Position numbers and translations under genes: made by a program. This document shows, in pieces, positions 39,146 to 49,058 of a stretch of DNA of 64,000 bases. Under the pieces are notes generated by a model, which made no database searches, had not been told where the DNA came from, and worked only from the letters and a program-made list of their open reading frames with translations. Each line of letters opens with the position of its first letter. Position 1 is the stretch's first letter. Source of the DNA: Candidatus Latescibacterota bacterium (lineage in GTDB: Bacteria; Latescibacterota; UBA2968; UBA8231); the NCBI GenBank assembly GCA_965248265.1, contig CBDFJF010000001.1, positions 608,001 through 672,000 of the forward strand, in the 5' to 3' direction.

Positions 39146-39281
39146 ATAGGCCCCACGGGTGGGGGCGCTTCAATTGATGAAGCACACTCACCGGATAATC
39201 GGTCCTGCGGACGCTTGTACGATGGACCCTGCTGACCAGCCTGACTGCTGACCGGTTGTCGGTGGGAGATGAAACGCCCAT

Positions 39282-41326
39282 GTCGAGTAGCCGAGGCCCT
39301 GTCATGCGGCCCCGGCCCTCACCAGATCCCAGCGAGCAGATTTCCCGCACTGGGCTCCTCCATTGACACGTCTCGCGGTTAGGAAAACCAGATCGATACA
39401 ACGATCCGGGGTCTTGGGAGTGGATACTGCCGGAGCAACCCCCGGTAGTATCGCTCCCACGTCAGGCGCGATCGCTGGCTACGTCGATTCAACCACTTGT
39501 ACCACGCAAACATCGCTGCGGTAGTGAGTTGGGTTACGCTGTTCCCATTCCCGCTGATACCGAAGTAGTTGATGTGGCCTTGGATGCGCCTTACGAGGTC
39601 GGCGTGCTGCTTTGGTATCGGCCAGTTCCGATGGCGACGGCACAGCCGATACAGGGCCTGCACAGACCGCTTGAGCCGATCACGCCGTGTCTTGCTCGTC
39701 AGCACCCATCGACCATTCGGGGCTCTCCGCCAAAACCACGTGAAACCCAGAAGGTCGAAGGTACCTGGCCCTTTACCCTTCGTCTGCTCCTGTGGTGGCC
39801 GCTCGAAAGGGATGAGCCGGGTCTTGTCTGGCTGCAGGGTTAGTCCGTATTTGTCCAGCCGCTTGCTCAGCACTGCCCTCACGCGCTCGGCATCCTCCGG
39901 CAGTTCGAAACCAATGATGAAATCATCGGCGTATCGGACCAACGTTGCTCTACGACGCAACCGTGGTCTGATCTCGACTTCAAACCACTCGTCGAGGACG
40001 TGGTGCAGGTAGAGGTTGCCAAGCAGTGGCGACAAACAGGAGCCCTGTGCGGTGCCTCGGTCCGGCGTAGAAAACTGTTCGCCATCCAGCACCCCAACGT
40101 GCAAGCACTTCCCCACGAGCCGGGTGATCGACCCATCGGGAATCCGCTCCCGGAGAAACTCCATCAGTTTGGATCGATCCAAACTGTCGAAGTAGGATGT
40201 AATATCCGCCTCCAGAATGACCTTCGCTTCCCCGTTCATCACCACCCGATTCAACACCCGCAGAGCGTCGTGGGCACTGCGTCCCGGACGGTAGCCGTAT
40301 GAGCAATCCCGAAAGTCCTGCTCGTAGACCGCCGACAGCACCTCGCGTAACGCCTCCTGGACAATCTTGTCCTCGAAGCACGAGATGCCAATGGGACGAG
40401 TCTTCTTGCCTTTGCCGTCCTTGGGGATGTGGACTCTACGAATGGGCTGGTGGCGCCACCGCTTAGTGCGCAGTCGCCGGTGCAGATCCTGCAGATTCCT
40501 CTCCAGGTCCTGCCCATACTGCTCCTTGGTCACGCCATCTACCCCGACTGCAGCGCTCGGCTTTTGATGGTCGAACGCCCTACGCAGAGCTTCCACGTCG
40601 ATCAGGTGTGCCAGCGAGTGAAACTTGGCCTGCGGCTCTCGCCTCGCTCTCTCCGCTACCTCCAAAAGTCCCGGTGACATGGACCCCGAAGTCAATGCAT
40701 CGGTCATGGTGCCCTCCTGAAGTTCGTGTCAACACGGACCGCCTTGGCTCCGCCGGGTCCAGCTGCCAACCGTTCCCCGACTTCTCAGCTACTACACGGT
40801 CCTCCGACTCCCCATGCTCCATCGGTCGCCGCTCCGGTTCCCCTCGCAAACGACCTACCACGGTGCCCACGCTTGTTCTTAATCGGCCACGCGTGCGTGT
40901 GCTGACGCGTGGCGCGTCGGAGACTTCTTCACCGGCTCTCCGTAGCACCGGAATCAATCCGTGGAGAGGCTGGGGCCTCCCAGGTTCCTGGGTCATCCTC
41001 TGCGAGCGTGCCCTGGTCGTATCACACCCCGCCGGGGTGTCGTCGCCTTGCCCACATAACGCCGACGACACTGCTGCCTTCAGGTAATCCGGCACCCTCA
41101 GCTATCCCGGAACGGTCTCATTTCAGGGCCGCAATCCCACAGCCCGCTCGCTCACTGCCCTACTGCTTCGCCTGCCCCGTTACCGGGAACACACGCAAGG
41201 GCTCGTTTCTGGCCTGCCGGGCTCAGCTTTGGCCAGGCGGGTTTTGCACCCGCGGGACGACTAACCGTATTTCAAGAAAGTATCACCTCCTTCTATTCCT
41301 ACGGACCAGACTTGCCTGGTCGCATC
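39282..41326 (-). mobile_element. Group II intron, copy 1 (2045 nt)
   Basis: Minus strand begins GATGCGACCAGGCAAG and ends with domain V (GAGCCCAGTGCGGGAAATCTGCTCGCTGGGATC) and domain VI ...GGCTACTCGAC. Boundaries come from comparison with copy 2; the 5' end is uncertain by 1 nt. Confidence 0.93.
39379..40707 (-). CDS. ltrA: Group II intron reverse transcriptase/maturase without an endonuclease domain
   Basis: RPIGI, YGYRPGRSAHDA, QGSCLSPLLGNLYL, RYADD, FDLLGF, X domain; RBS AGGAGG. Confidence 0.95.
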   Translation of the reverse strand: MTDALTSGSMSPGLLEVAERARREPQAKFHSLAHLIDVEALRRAFDHQKPSAAVGVDGVTKEQYGQDLERNLQDLHRRLRTKRWRHQPIRRVHIPKDGKGKKTRPIGISCFEDKIVQEALREVLSAVYEQDFRDCSYGYRPGRSAHDALRVLNRVVMNGEAKVILEADITSYFDSLDRSKLMEFLRERIPDGSITRLVGKCLHVGVLDGEQFSTPDRGTAQGSCLSPLLGNLYLHHVLDEWFEVEIRPRLRRRATLVRYADDFIIGFELPEDAERVRAVLSKRLDKYGLTLQPDKTRLIPFERPPQEQTKGKGPGTFDLLGFTWFWRRAPNGRWVLTSKTRRDRLKRSVQALYRLCRRHRNWPIPKQHADLVRRIQGHINYFGISGNGNSVTQLTTAAMFAWYKWLNRRSQRSRLTWERYYRGLLRQYPLPRPRIVVSIWFS

Positions 41327-41474
41327 CGGACCCTGAATCTGATTCCCTAGCTGAGGTCTCGACCTACCCTTGCCACTGTTGTCGGCTGCATCCTACTCTC
41401 TTGACCACTAAGAGCGAAGCCAACAGGGTGCCCCTTCCCACTGCGGTGCAATGGATCTTCCAGAGGGAAACTGA

Positions 41475-42551
41475 GTGAGTGATCGCCCTTCGTTGAACGA
41501 GCTGGATCCAGACCTCGTTCAGGGAGCATTTCGAGAGTCAGTTGGCGATGCCAGGCTACTCGATTGGAGCCAAGCGCCGATCCAGGTAGGATCGGTGGGC
41601 GAGTTGTACCGTGTCAGCGGTAGAGTCCAATTGAATACAGGCACCGCAACGGCTTGCTCCCTCGTGCTCAAGATCCAACGCAGATGGGAACGTCGTGGTG
41701 ATCCCGAATGCTGGAGGCGGGAGGCTCTGGTGTATCGATCGGGAATCTTCGACGAGCTCCCCGAATCGCTCCGAGTCCCTATATGTTACAGCATCCAGGA
41801 GCGTGAAGACGAGACGTGGTACTGGTTCGAAGAGGTCACTGGCACGACAGCAGGCCAGTTTGACCTGGACCACTACTGTCAGGCAGCGCACCATCTTGGC
41901 CAGTTTCAAGGGCCCTACATCGCTGGCCGACCCCTGCCAACCTACCCGTGGCTCAGTTCACGCAGGTGGATTACCCATACGGTGTCCAACTGGGGAACGG
42001 GCGCAATCCCTTGGCTCAATTCTTCTGACAGCTCATCCCTGACCAACTCAGTTCGAGAGCAGGCAATGACGATCTGGGCGGAGCGTGATGGATTCCTTGA
42101 TGTCGTTGATGATTTGCCCAGAACGGTGTGCCATCGTGACTTCAATCCAGAGAATCTCTTCCTCCCCGAGGCACTGTCCGGTGCAAATACCACGGTCATA
42201 GACTGGGATTGTGTCGGAATCGGCGCTCTCGCCGAGGACATAGGTGATCTCGTGGGAGAAGCTCTCGTATTTCAAGAATGGGATATTTCTCGTGCGTTGG
42301 ATCTGAAGGAGCAAGTGCTGGCGGCGTACCACGAAGGGCTTGTCGAATCGGGCTCTAAGGTGAGCCCTGAGACCGTACAACTGGGTTTTGCGACAGTATC
42401 TCCGCTACAGTGGTGCTTTAGGTTGATATGCCGCTATAAGGACGCGGAGGACCCCGCAACCCGAGAGCGTTATGTGGCCATCCTTCAGTTCATGCTGGAA
42501 CTGGGACGCGATGCACGTCGGTTGGCTTCGTCGCGGCCGAACCGCGGATGA
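41475..42551 (+). CDS. Aminoglycoside phosphotransferase-like kinase
   Basis: LVLKI, HRDFNPENL and IDWD motifs. Confidence 0.85.
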   Translation: MSDRPSLNELDPDLVQGAFRESVGDARLLDWSQAPIQVGSVGELYRVSGRVQLNTGTATACSLVLKIQRRWERRGDPECWRREALVYRSGIFDELPESLRVPICYSIQEREDETWYWFEEVTGTTAGQFDLDHYCQAAHHLGQFQGPYIAGRPLPTYPWLSSRRWITHTVSNWGTGAIPWLNSSDSSSLTNSVREQAMTIWAERDGFLDVVDDLPRTVCHRDFNPENLFLPEALSGANTTVIDWDCVGIGALAEDIGDLVGEALVFQEWDISRALDLKEQVLAAYHEGLVESGSKVSPETVQLGFATVSPLQWCFRLICRYKDAEDPATRERYVAILQFMLELGRDARRLASSRPNRG

Positions 42552-42565
42552 CCAATCCGATTTAC
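42539..42565 (+). repeat. Degenerate 27-bp island site (weak), overlapping the stop of the phosphotransferase gene
   Basis: gaaccgcg-gatgaccaatc-cgatttac; inner CGGAT/ATCCG palindrome with the correct spacing. Confidence 0.35.
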
Positions 42566-42694
42566 CTATCCCACCCAGCGGATCCTCCTCGACCGTGGTG
42601 CCAAGATAGCCAACCTGTATCTTCTCTCGTGACAACCAAACCGGATCCTCTGGCCATGTCGATGTTGGTCCTGCTCACGTATGGAGGAGTTCAC

Positions 42695-43948
42695 GTGAAG
42701 ACACCACTGCTCACAGCGTTGGTGCTGGCATCCGCGTTGATCCTGCCTGGCAGCTCGACAGCGGCGAATGCAACGGACTACACGTTCGTACTGCTGGATC
42801 AAGCAATCTACCGCGGCGGAATGGCGCATGTGAATGCCGCCGGACAGGTTGCCCTCTCAACAATTGACCGAGAAAACAATCCCCAGGCGTGTCGGTGGTC
42901 AATCACTGAGAAAGAAGCTCTGTCTCTGGGGACCTTGGCGTCTCACGATCCGCGCTCACTCGCCAAAGCGATCAATGACCGTGGACACATAGTTGGGACT
43001 GTGCATGAGGAGGAAAACAACCTCGTCCATGCATTCTATTGGACTCCCACCAGCGGCATGCGGCGACTCCCTTCGTTTGGTGGATCCCAGACTGTACCAG
43101 TTGATATCAACGACCGGGATCAGGTCGTCGGCCAGTCAATAAATGCAGATGGCCTGGAGCGAGCTTTCCTGTGGACCGCCGATAACGGAATCAGAGACCT
43201 TGGCTCATTGGTGGAAGAAACCGAGAAGACGAGATCACTCACCAAACAGGACTCCGCCAACATCGGCACCGTGGCGACAGAACTGGGAGAGCCCGTTTTG
43301 AGTCCCGGCGGCAAGGTTTTTAAACAAGCGGTGATATCCTCCGTACTGAGAAGGCAGAGCGAGGCTGGGGCTGTGAACGAACAGGGTTGGGTGGTCGGCA
43401 CCTCGAGAGCCATCGATGGCCTTGATCATCCCTTTCTCTGGAAGCCGGAGACCGGGATGATCGATCTGGGAATACTGCCAGGCTATGTCGGAGGGGCGCC
43501 CACCGGTATCAACAACCGGGGACAAGTCCCCGTTGTCCTGTTCAAGCGCCAACCTTTCAAGCGTCGCTCCTGGTTCCTGGGATCCCCGTTCCTGTGGGCG
43601 GACGACGAAGGCCTCGAGCCATTGCCATCGCCGCCTGGTTTCAATGACATCCGGCCAATAGCGATCAACAACAGCGGCGACATTCTGCTCTGGGCACGGA
43701 AGATACCGGAAGGAGAGCCCACGAATAAATCGATCGAATTCACCGGCTTCCTCCTGTCTGGCGACGGATTGTCCGAGTTGCCACAGTTGGAGGGCGCAGA
43801 CCTCACTAAATATTCGGGCATCAACGACAGAGGACACCTTGTCGGGAGTGCTACGAACTGTGAGTTCGACACTGATGGTGAGGTTGTCAGCAGGTCCGCA
43901 AGAGTCTTCGTTGCGGTACCCACCGGCTCGCGTGCAAGCATCGAATGA
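42695..43948 (+). CDS. Secreted HAF-repeat (extracellular repeat) protein
   Basis: GTG start after GGAGG, signal peptide, repeats INDRGHIVG/HAFYW/DLG. Confidence 0.85.
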   Translation: MKTPLLTALVLASALILPGSSTAANATDYTFVLLDQAIYRGGMAHVNAAGQVALSTIDRENNPQACRWSITEKEALSLGTLASHDPRSLAKAINDRGHIVGTVHEEENNLVHAFYWTPTSGMRRLPSFGGSQTVPVDINDRDQVVGQSINADGLERAFLWTADNGIRDLGSLVEETEKTRSLTKQDSANIGTVATELGEPVLSPGGKVFKQAVISSVLRRQSEAGAVNEQGWVVGTSRAIDGLDHPFLWKPETGMIDLGILPGYVGGAPTGINNRGQVPVVLFKRQPFKRRSWFLGSPFLWADDEGLEPLPSPPGFNDIRPIAINNSGDILLWARKIPEGEPTNKSIEFTGFLLSGDGLSELPQLEGADLTKYSGINDRGHLVGSATNCEFDTDGEVVSRSARVFVAVPTGSRASIE

Positions 43949-43961
43949 TTTGGCTGTTCGT

Positions 43962-43988
43962 GCCCATCGTTTGCCCACTCCGATGGGC
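43962..43988 (+). repeat. 27-bp island site (perfect 8-bp arms)
   Basis: gcccatcg-tttgcccactc-cgatgggc, 13 nt after a stop codon. Confidence 0.8.
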
Positions 43989-44063
43989 GGATTTGCTTGC
44001 GATCGTATGAGACTCTCACCGATCTTTCACACATAGATTGTTCATCTAAGCGAAGGAGATGTC

Positions 44064-44318
44064 ATGACTATGTATCGGCTATTTGACGACCTGCTGAGCG
44101 CAAGTGACGCCAAGATTGCAGATCTTTTGCACGAATCCACTGAAGAAGACTGCGTGCTCGCTCTTTCCGGAGCGTCCGCTGTGATGAGAGCCAGATTCCT
44201 TCAGCAGATGGCTCCGCCGCTCCGGACCCACATGGTTGAGCGCATTAACCAGAATATCGTGCCCAGTGACTCGAAGGCCGCTCAATCAAGAATATTGGAT
44301 ATAGCCCGGCAGCCCTGA
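44064..44318 (+). CDS. Stand-alone FliG C-terminal-like domain protein
   Basis: FDDLL...LALSGAS...RFLQQM...AAQSRILDIARQ matches the FliG_C pattern; RBS AAGGAG. Confidence 0.7.
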   Translation: MTMYRLFDDLLSASDAKIADLLHESTEEDCVLALSGASAVMRARFLQQMAPPLRTHMVERINQNIVPSDSKAAQSRILDIARQP

Positions 44319-44334
44319 GTCGACCTGTACGGCC

Positions 44335-44361
44335 TGACCTCGTCCAGACAATCCGATGGTC
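44335..44361 (+). repeat. 27-bp island site
   Basis: tgacctcg-tccagacaatc-cgatggtc (left arm is gaccatcg minus one A). Confidence 0.65.
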
Positions 44362-44446
44362 GGCTGGCCAAGCAACCGAGATGAGACAGCGACGTCAAAT
44401 AAGGTGGATTCCCACCTGACTCTGAATCCCTGGACAGCGCACGTAT

Positions 44447-44884
44447 ATGAAAATTCGCCTGGTCGATTTTCTTAGGGGCTTCTCCCGAACGCCACTGCGT
44501 GGTGGCATTCTGATGCTAGCCGTCACGATATGTCTGATTCTGGCGTTCGGTGGCACATTCGCCATTGCCATTTTCGGGCCCGAAGTCGCTCAGTCCGTAC
44601 TTAAGCCCTGGGTCGTCATTCTCTTGTTTGGCATCCTTGCCCCTGCTGTTTGGGCCAGAATCGCTGCAGCATTGCCGCCACAGTTCTCATTGCCACAGAT
44701 TTTGTTTGTCTTCTGCATCGGCGTCCTGCCGGTGCTGCTTGGAACGCTGTATCAGTACTATTTGCTGGCGACAGTTGGTCCGGAAGGATGTCACGGTGGG
44801 AACATCGCCGGGTTGTTTCTCGGTACTCTGGCTGTGATTGGCGCCGCTGGATCAATGGTGGTGGGATCAATTTTTCGTCGGTAG
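44447..44884 (+). CDS. Hypothetical four-TM membrane protein
   Basis: Four hydrophobic segments; bounded by island sites. Confidence 0.65.
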   Translation: MKIRLVDFLRGFSRTPLRGGILMLAVTICLILAFGGTFAIAIFGPEVAQSVLKPWVVILLFGILAPAVWARIAAALPPQFSLPQILFVFCIGVLPVLLGTLYQYYLLATVGPEGCHGGNIAGLFLGTLAVIGAAGSMVVGSIFRR

Positions 44885-44891
44885 CTCCGCC

Positions 44892-44918
44892 GCCCGTCGT
44901 TCAGGTAATGCGATGGGC
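44892..44918 (+). repeat. 27-bp island site
   Basis: gcccgtcg-ttcaggtaatg-cgatgggc, 7 nt after a stop codon. Confidence 0.8.
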
Positions 44919-45021
44919 GTTAGAGCATCAGAGCCTTCACTTCCTCTTGTGAGTATGTTCTGGCACAGACACGGAGGTGGATGCAAACGACTGCCAAAAC
45001 CGCTCCAAGGAGGACCGATCC

Positions 45022-45303
45022 GTGAATTACATACCTGTTGAACTCTGGCGCATCTTCATAGGTATTGGTGTTGTCGTCATGATTCGCGGATTCCTTTTCT
45101 TGCGAGAACCAACAGTGGGGTCGGCGGAGATCGCAGGCAGTCTCATCTGGGTTTTCATCGCTGCCATCACGTTCATGGTAGCCTACCGCGCGAAGAACGC
45201 TGGGAGTGAAGCGGAGCCTTTACGTTTCATAATCATGGTGTCCGCCGTGGCCGGTCTGAGTACGATAGCCACTGCGTTTTGGCTGTTGATGACGAAAGGG
45301 TGA
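45022..45303 (+). CDS. Hypothetical three-TM membrane protein
   Basis: GTG after AGGAGG; three hydrophobic segments. Confidence 0.6.
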   Translation: MNYIPVELWRIFIGIGVVVMIRGFLFLREPTVGSAEIAGSLIWVFIAAITFMVAYRAKNAGSEAEPLRFIIMVSAVAGLSTIATAFWLLMTKG

Positions 45304-45407
45304 GCGTCCCGCTCCTCCGTTCCTTCCCGTCTCGCATACCATCGCCAGCCTGTCGCCCTTCGTTTCAGCGCCGGTTCAGCCTGGCGAGGTAGCGACCCTG
45401 GTGTACC

Positions 45408-45434
45408 GGGCATCACCTTCACAATCCGCAGGGC
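45408..45434 (+). repeat. Degenerate 27-bp island site
   Basis: gggcatca-ccttcacaatc-cgcagggc. Confidence 0.5.
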
Positions 45435-45683
45435 GCTGGTACTGAGGACGGCGGCGCATGGCATATGCGGACGTCACGGAATACCCCGTATTACCCCGCT
45501 ATCTGGATGCAGGTGAAGATCCCTGGCCTGCTTGAGCGGGCCCATCAAGCAGGCTATCCTTCTCGGCAAGATCGCGATACGAGGAGTGATTCCCATGACG
45601 GCATCTGGCGCCAGCCCGCCTCGCGGGACCCACGGGAAGGATGATGCACACTTCCACATAATCGATATGTTGTGTCAGAAAAC

Positions 45684-46967
45684 ATGAGAACTGCCACAAT
45701 AGCCATCATCGGTGCGGGATCTAGAGGCACCACATACGCCGGCTACGCGCTTGCGCATCCTGAACTGGTCAAAGTCATCGCTGTAGCTGAACCGCGTGAT
45801 GCATGGCGTACACGCCTGATGAAGGCACACGGGATTGCCGAGTCGGAGGCCACAACCGACTGGCGCGACCTTTTGGATCGCCCGCGATGTGCGGATGCCG
45901 TCGTGATCGCAACCCAGGACGCCATGCACGTGGAACCGGCTGTGGCCGCGGCACATAAGGGGTACGCCATTCTGCTGGAGAAACCGATGGCCCCGAATGC
46001 AGATGATTGCCGCAAGATTGTCGCTGCTCTTGATGAGCATACGCCATTCGCGGTCTGTCATGTTCTCCGGTACACACGTCACACCCAGAAGATCAAGGAG
46101 TTGATCAATGCGGGCGTGATAGGAGATGTGGTGAATGTGCAATCCCTCGAGCCGGTAGGCTACTGGCACCAGGCGCATTCCTTTGTGCGCGGCAATTGGC
46201 GTTGCGAGGCGACATCGTCTCCCATGCTGCTCGCGAAGTGCTGCCATGATCTGGATTGGATTCAATACATCATGGGCAACAGATGCACTTCTATTCAGTC
46301 CTTTGGCACATTGAAGCACTTCCGGGGCGACCAAAAACCATCCGGAGCAACAGCCAGGTGCTTGGACTGCCCGCATGAATCTTCCTGCCCGTACTCGGCC
46401 AAAAAGATCTACCTCTCGCGCGGCGTGGCGCAAGGTCATCTGGGATGGCCTGTCAATGTTCTCGCTCCGGAGCCGAACGAAGCAAGCGTTCTAGAAGCAC
46501 TGCGCTCCGGACCTTACGGGAGGTGCGTGTATGACTGCGACAACGATGTCGTCGATAATCAAGTCGTCAACATGCTATTTGAGGGCGGAACGACCGCCAC
46601 CCTCACGATGACTGCGTTCACCGAATTCAGCGACCGCCAGACGCGCATCTTTGGAACACGAGGCCAGCTCGTCAGCGATGGCAAAGTGATTCGACATTTC
46701 GACTTCCTGACTGACAGATGGGAAGAGATTCAGACAGAATCGGGTGACCATTCGATCCTTGGCGGCCATGGCGGGGGAGACAACGCTCTCATGGAGGCGT
46801 TCACGAATGCCGTGCGCCACAATAACCGCAACCGGATCTTGTCCGGACCAGAGGAATCCCTGGAAACACACATGATGGTGTTTGCGGCGGAGCAGTCTCG
46901 CCGTGAGGGCCGGGTCGTCAAGATGGAGGAAATGCAAACACAACCAAGCCATGTAGGCGATGATTGA
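45684..46967 (+). CDS. Gfo/Idh/MocA family oxidoreductase
   Basis: IIGAGSRG, LLEKPMA, KCCHDLD, GHGGGD. Confidence 0.92.
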   Translation: MRTATIAIIGAGSRGTTYAGYALAHPELVKVIAVAEPRDAWRTRLMKAHGIAESEATTDWRDLLDRPRCADAVVIATQDAMHVEPAVAAAHKGYAILLEKPMAPNADDCRKIVAALDEHTPFAVCHVLRYTRHTQKIKELINAGVIGDVVNVQSLEPVGYWHQAHSFVRGNWRCEATSSPMLLAKCCHDLDWIQYIMGNRCTSIQSFGTLKHFRGDQKPSGATARCLDCPHESSCPYSAKKIYLSRGVAQGHLGWPVNVLAPEPNEASVLEALRSGPYGRCVYDCDNDVVDNQVVNMLFEGGTTATLTMTAFTEFSDRQTRIFGTRGQLVSDGKVIRHFDFLTDRWEEIQTESGDHSILGGHGGGDNALMEAFTNAVRHNNRNRILSGPEESLETHMMVFAAEQSRREGRVVKMEEMQTQPSHVGDD

Positions 46968-47013
46968 CACGGCGGCCCATGGAAACGCTGTCTCAAGATG
47001 CACGATTGCCCAT

Positions 47014-49058
47014 GTCGAGTAGCCGAGGCCCTGTCATGCGGCCCCGGCCCTCACCAGATCCCAGCGAGCAGATTTCCCGCACTGGGCTCCTCCATTGACA
47101 CGTCTCGCGGTTAGGAAAACCAGATCGATACAACGATCCGGGGTCTTGGGAGTGGATACTGCCGGAGCAACCCCCGGTAGTATCGCTCCCACGTCAGGCG
47201 CGATCGCTGGCTACGTCGATTCAACCACTTGTACCACGCAAACATCGCTGCGGTAGTGAGTTGGGTTACGCTGTTCCCATTCCCGCTGATACCGAAGTAG
47301 TTGATGTGGCCTTGGATGCGCCTTACGAGGTCGGCGTGCTGCTTTGGTATCGGCCAGTTCCGATGGCGACGGCACAGCCGATACAGGGCCTGCACAGACC
47401 GCTTGAGCCGATCACGCCGTGTCTTGCTCGTCAGCACCCATCGACCATTCGGGGCTCTCCGCCAAAACCACGTGAAACCCAGAAGGTCGAAGGTACCTGG
47501 CCCTTTACCCTTCGTCTGCTCCTGTGGTGGCCGCTCGAAAGGGATGAGCCGGGTCTTGTCTGGCTGCAGGGTTAGTCCGTATTTGTCCAGCCGCTTGCTC
47601 AGCACTGCCCTCACGCGCTCGGCATCCTCCGGCAGTTCGAAACCAATGATGAAATCATCGGCGTATCGGACCAACGTTGCTCTACGACGCAACCGTGGTC
47701 TGATCTCGACTTCAAACCACTCGTCGAGGACGTGGTGCAGGTAGAGGTTGCCAAGCAGTGGCGACAAACAGGAGCCCTGTGCGGTGCCTCGGTCCGGCGT
47801 AGAAAACTGTTCGCCATCCAGCACCCCAACGTGCAAGCACTTCCCCACGAGCCGGGTGATCGACCCATCGGGAATCCGCTCCCGGAGAAACTCCATCAGT
47901 TTGGATCGATCCAAACTGTCGAAGTAGGATGTAATATCCGCCTCCAGAATGACCTTCGCTTCCCCGTTCATCACCACCCGATTCAACACCCGCAGAGCGT
48001 CGTGGGCACTGCGTCCCGGACGGTAGCCGTATGAGCAATCCCGAAAGTCCTGCTCGTAGACCGCCGACAGCACCTCGCGTAACGCCTCCTGGACAATCTT
48101 GTCCTCGAAGCACGAGATGCCAATGGGACGAGTCTTCTTGCCTTTGCCGTCCTTGGGGATGTGGACTCTACGAATGGGCTGGTGGCGCCACCGCTTAGTG
48201 CGCAGTCGCCGGTGCAGATCCTGCAGATTCCTCTCCAGGTCCTGCCCATACTGCTCCTTGGTCACGCCATCTACCCCGACTGCAGCGCTCGGCTTTTGAT
48301 GGTCGAACGCCCTACGCAGAGCTTCCACGTCGATCAGGTGTGCCAGCGAGTGAAACTTGGCCTGCGGCTCTCGCCTCGCTCTCTCCGCTACCTCCAAAAG
48401 TCCCGGTGACATGGACCCCGAAGTCAATGCATCGGTCATGGTGCCCTCCTGAAGTTCGTGTCAACACGGACCGCCTTGGCTCCGCCGGGTCCAGCTGCCA
48501 ACCGTTCCCCGACTTCTCAGCTACTACACGGTCCTCCGACTCCCCATGCTCCATCGGTCGCCGCTCCGGTTCCCCTCGCAAACGACCTACCACGGTGCCC
48601 ACGCTTGTTCTTAATCGGCCACGCGTGCGTGTGCTGACGCGTGGCGCGTCGGAGACTTCTTCACCGGCTCTCCGTAGCACCGGAATCAATCCGTGGAGAG
48701 GCTGGGGCCTCCCAGGTTCCTGGGTCATCCTCTGCGAGCGTGCCCTGGTCGTATCACACCCCGCCGGGGTGTCGTCGCCTTGCCCACATAACGCCGACGA
48801 CACTGCTGCCTTCAGGTAATCCGGCACCCTCAGCTATCCCGGAACGGTCTCATTTCAGGGCCGCAATCCCACAGCCCGCTCGCTCACTGCCCTACTGCTT
48901 CGCCTGCCCCGTTACCGGGAACACACGCAAGGGCTCGTTTCTGGCCTGCCGGGCTCAGCTTTGGCCAGGCGGGTTTTGCACCCGCGGGACGACTAACCGT
49001 ATTTCAAGAAAGTATCACCTCCTTCTATTCCTACGGACCAGACTTGCCTGGTCGCATC
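47014..49058 (-). mobile_element. Group II intron, copy 2 (apparently identical to copy 1)
   Basis: Same sequence offset by 7732 nt; all internal ORF translations match copy 1. Confidence 0.93.
47111..48439 (-). CDS. ltrA: Group II intron reverse transcriptase/maturase
   Basis: Identical 442-aa translation to 39379-40707. Confidence 0.95.
   Translation of the reverse strand: MTDALTSGSMSPGLLEVAERARREPQAKFHSLAHLIDVEALRRAFDHQKPSAAVGVDGVTKEQYGQDLERNLQDLHRRLRTKRWRHQPIRRVHIPKDGKGKKTRPIGISCFEDKIVQEALREVLSAVYEQDFRDCSYGYRPGRSAHDALRVLNRVVMNGEAKVILEADITSYFDSLDRSKLMEFLRERIPDGSITRLVGKCLHVGVLDGEQFSTPDRGTAQGSCLSPLLGNLYLHHVLDEWFEVEIRPRLRRRATLVRYADDFIIGFELPEDAERVRAVLSKRLDKYGLTLQPDKTRLIPFERPPQEQTKGKGPGTFDLLGFTWFWRRAPNGRWVLTSKTRRDRLKRSVQALYRLCRRHRNWPIPKQHADLVRRIQGHINYFGISGNGNSVTQLTTAAMFAWYKWLNRRSQRSRLTWERYYRGLLRQYPLPRPRIVVSIWFS

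Noticed and set aside
41370-41399. Pc-like promoter TTGCCA-N18-TACTCT at the head of the array
   Set aside because: Match and spacing are too weak to support without transcript data.
38498-41470. Recombinase gene split by intron copy 1 and restorable by splicing
   Set aside because: An in-frame stop lies between the remnant and the intron, and no catalytic-domain coding sequence is visible on the other side of the intron.
43962-44918. 27-bp sites as plain Rho-independent terminators
   Set aside because: No U-tract, several copies pair poorly, and the fixed 11-nt spacer with conserved arm sequence points to protein recognition. Not fully excluded.
45526-45566. Possible extra island site gcccatca-agcaggctatc-cttctcgg
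   Set aside because: The right arm is absent and the sequence is also explained by a separate GCCTGCTTGA/TCAAGCAGGC hairpin; not counted.
39379-48439. Reverse transcriptases as retron, DGR or defence RTs
   Set aside because: Both have group II intron domains V/VI, a maturase X domain and YADD; no template/variable repeat pair or msr-msd was seen.
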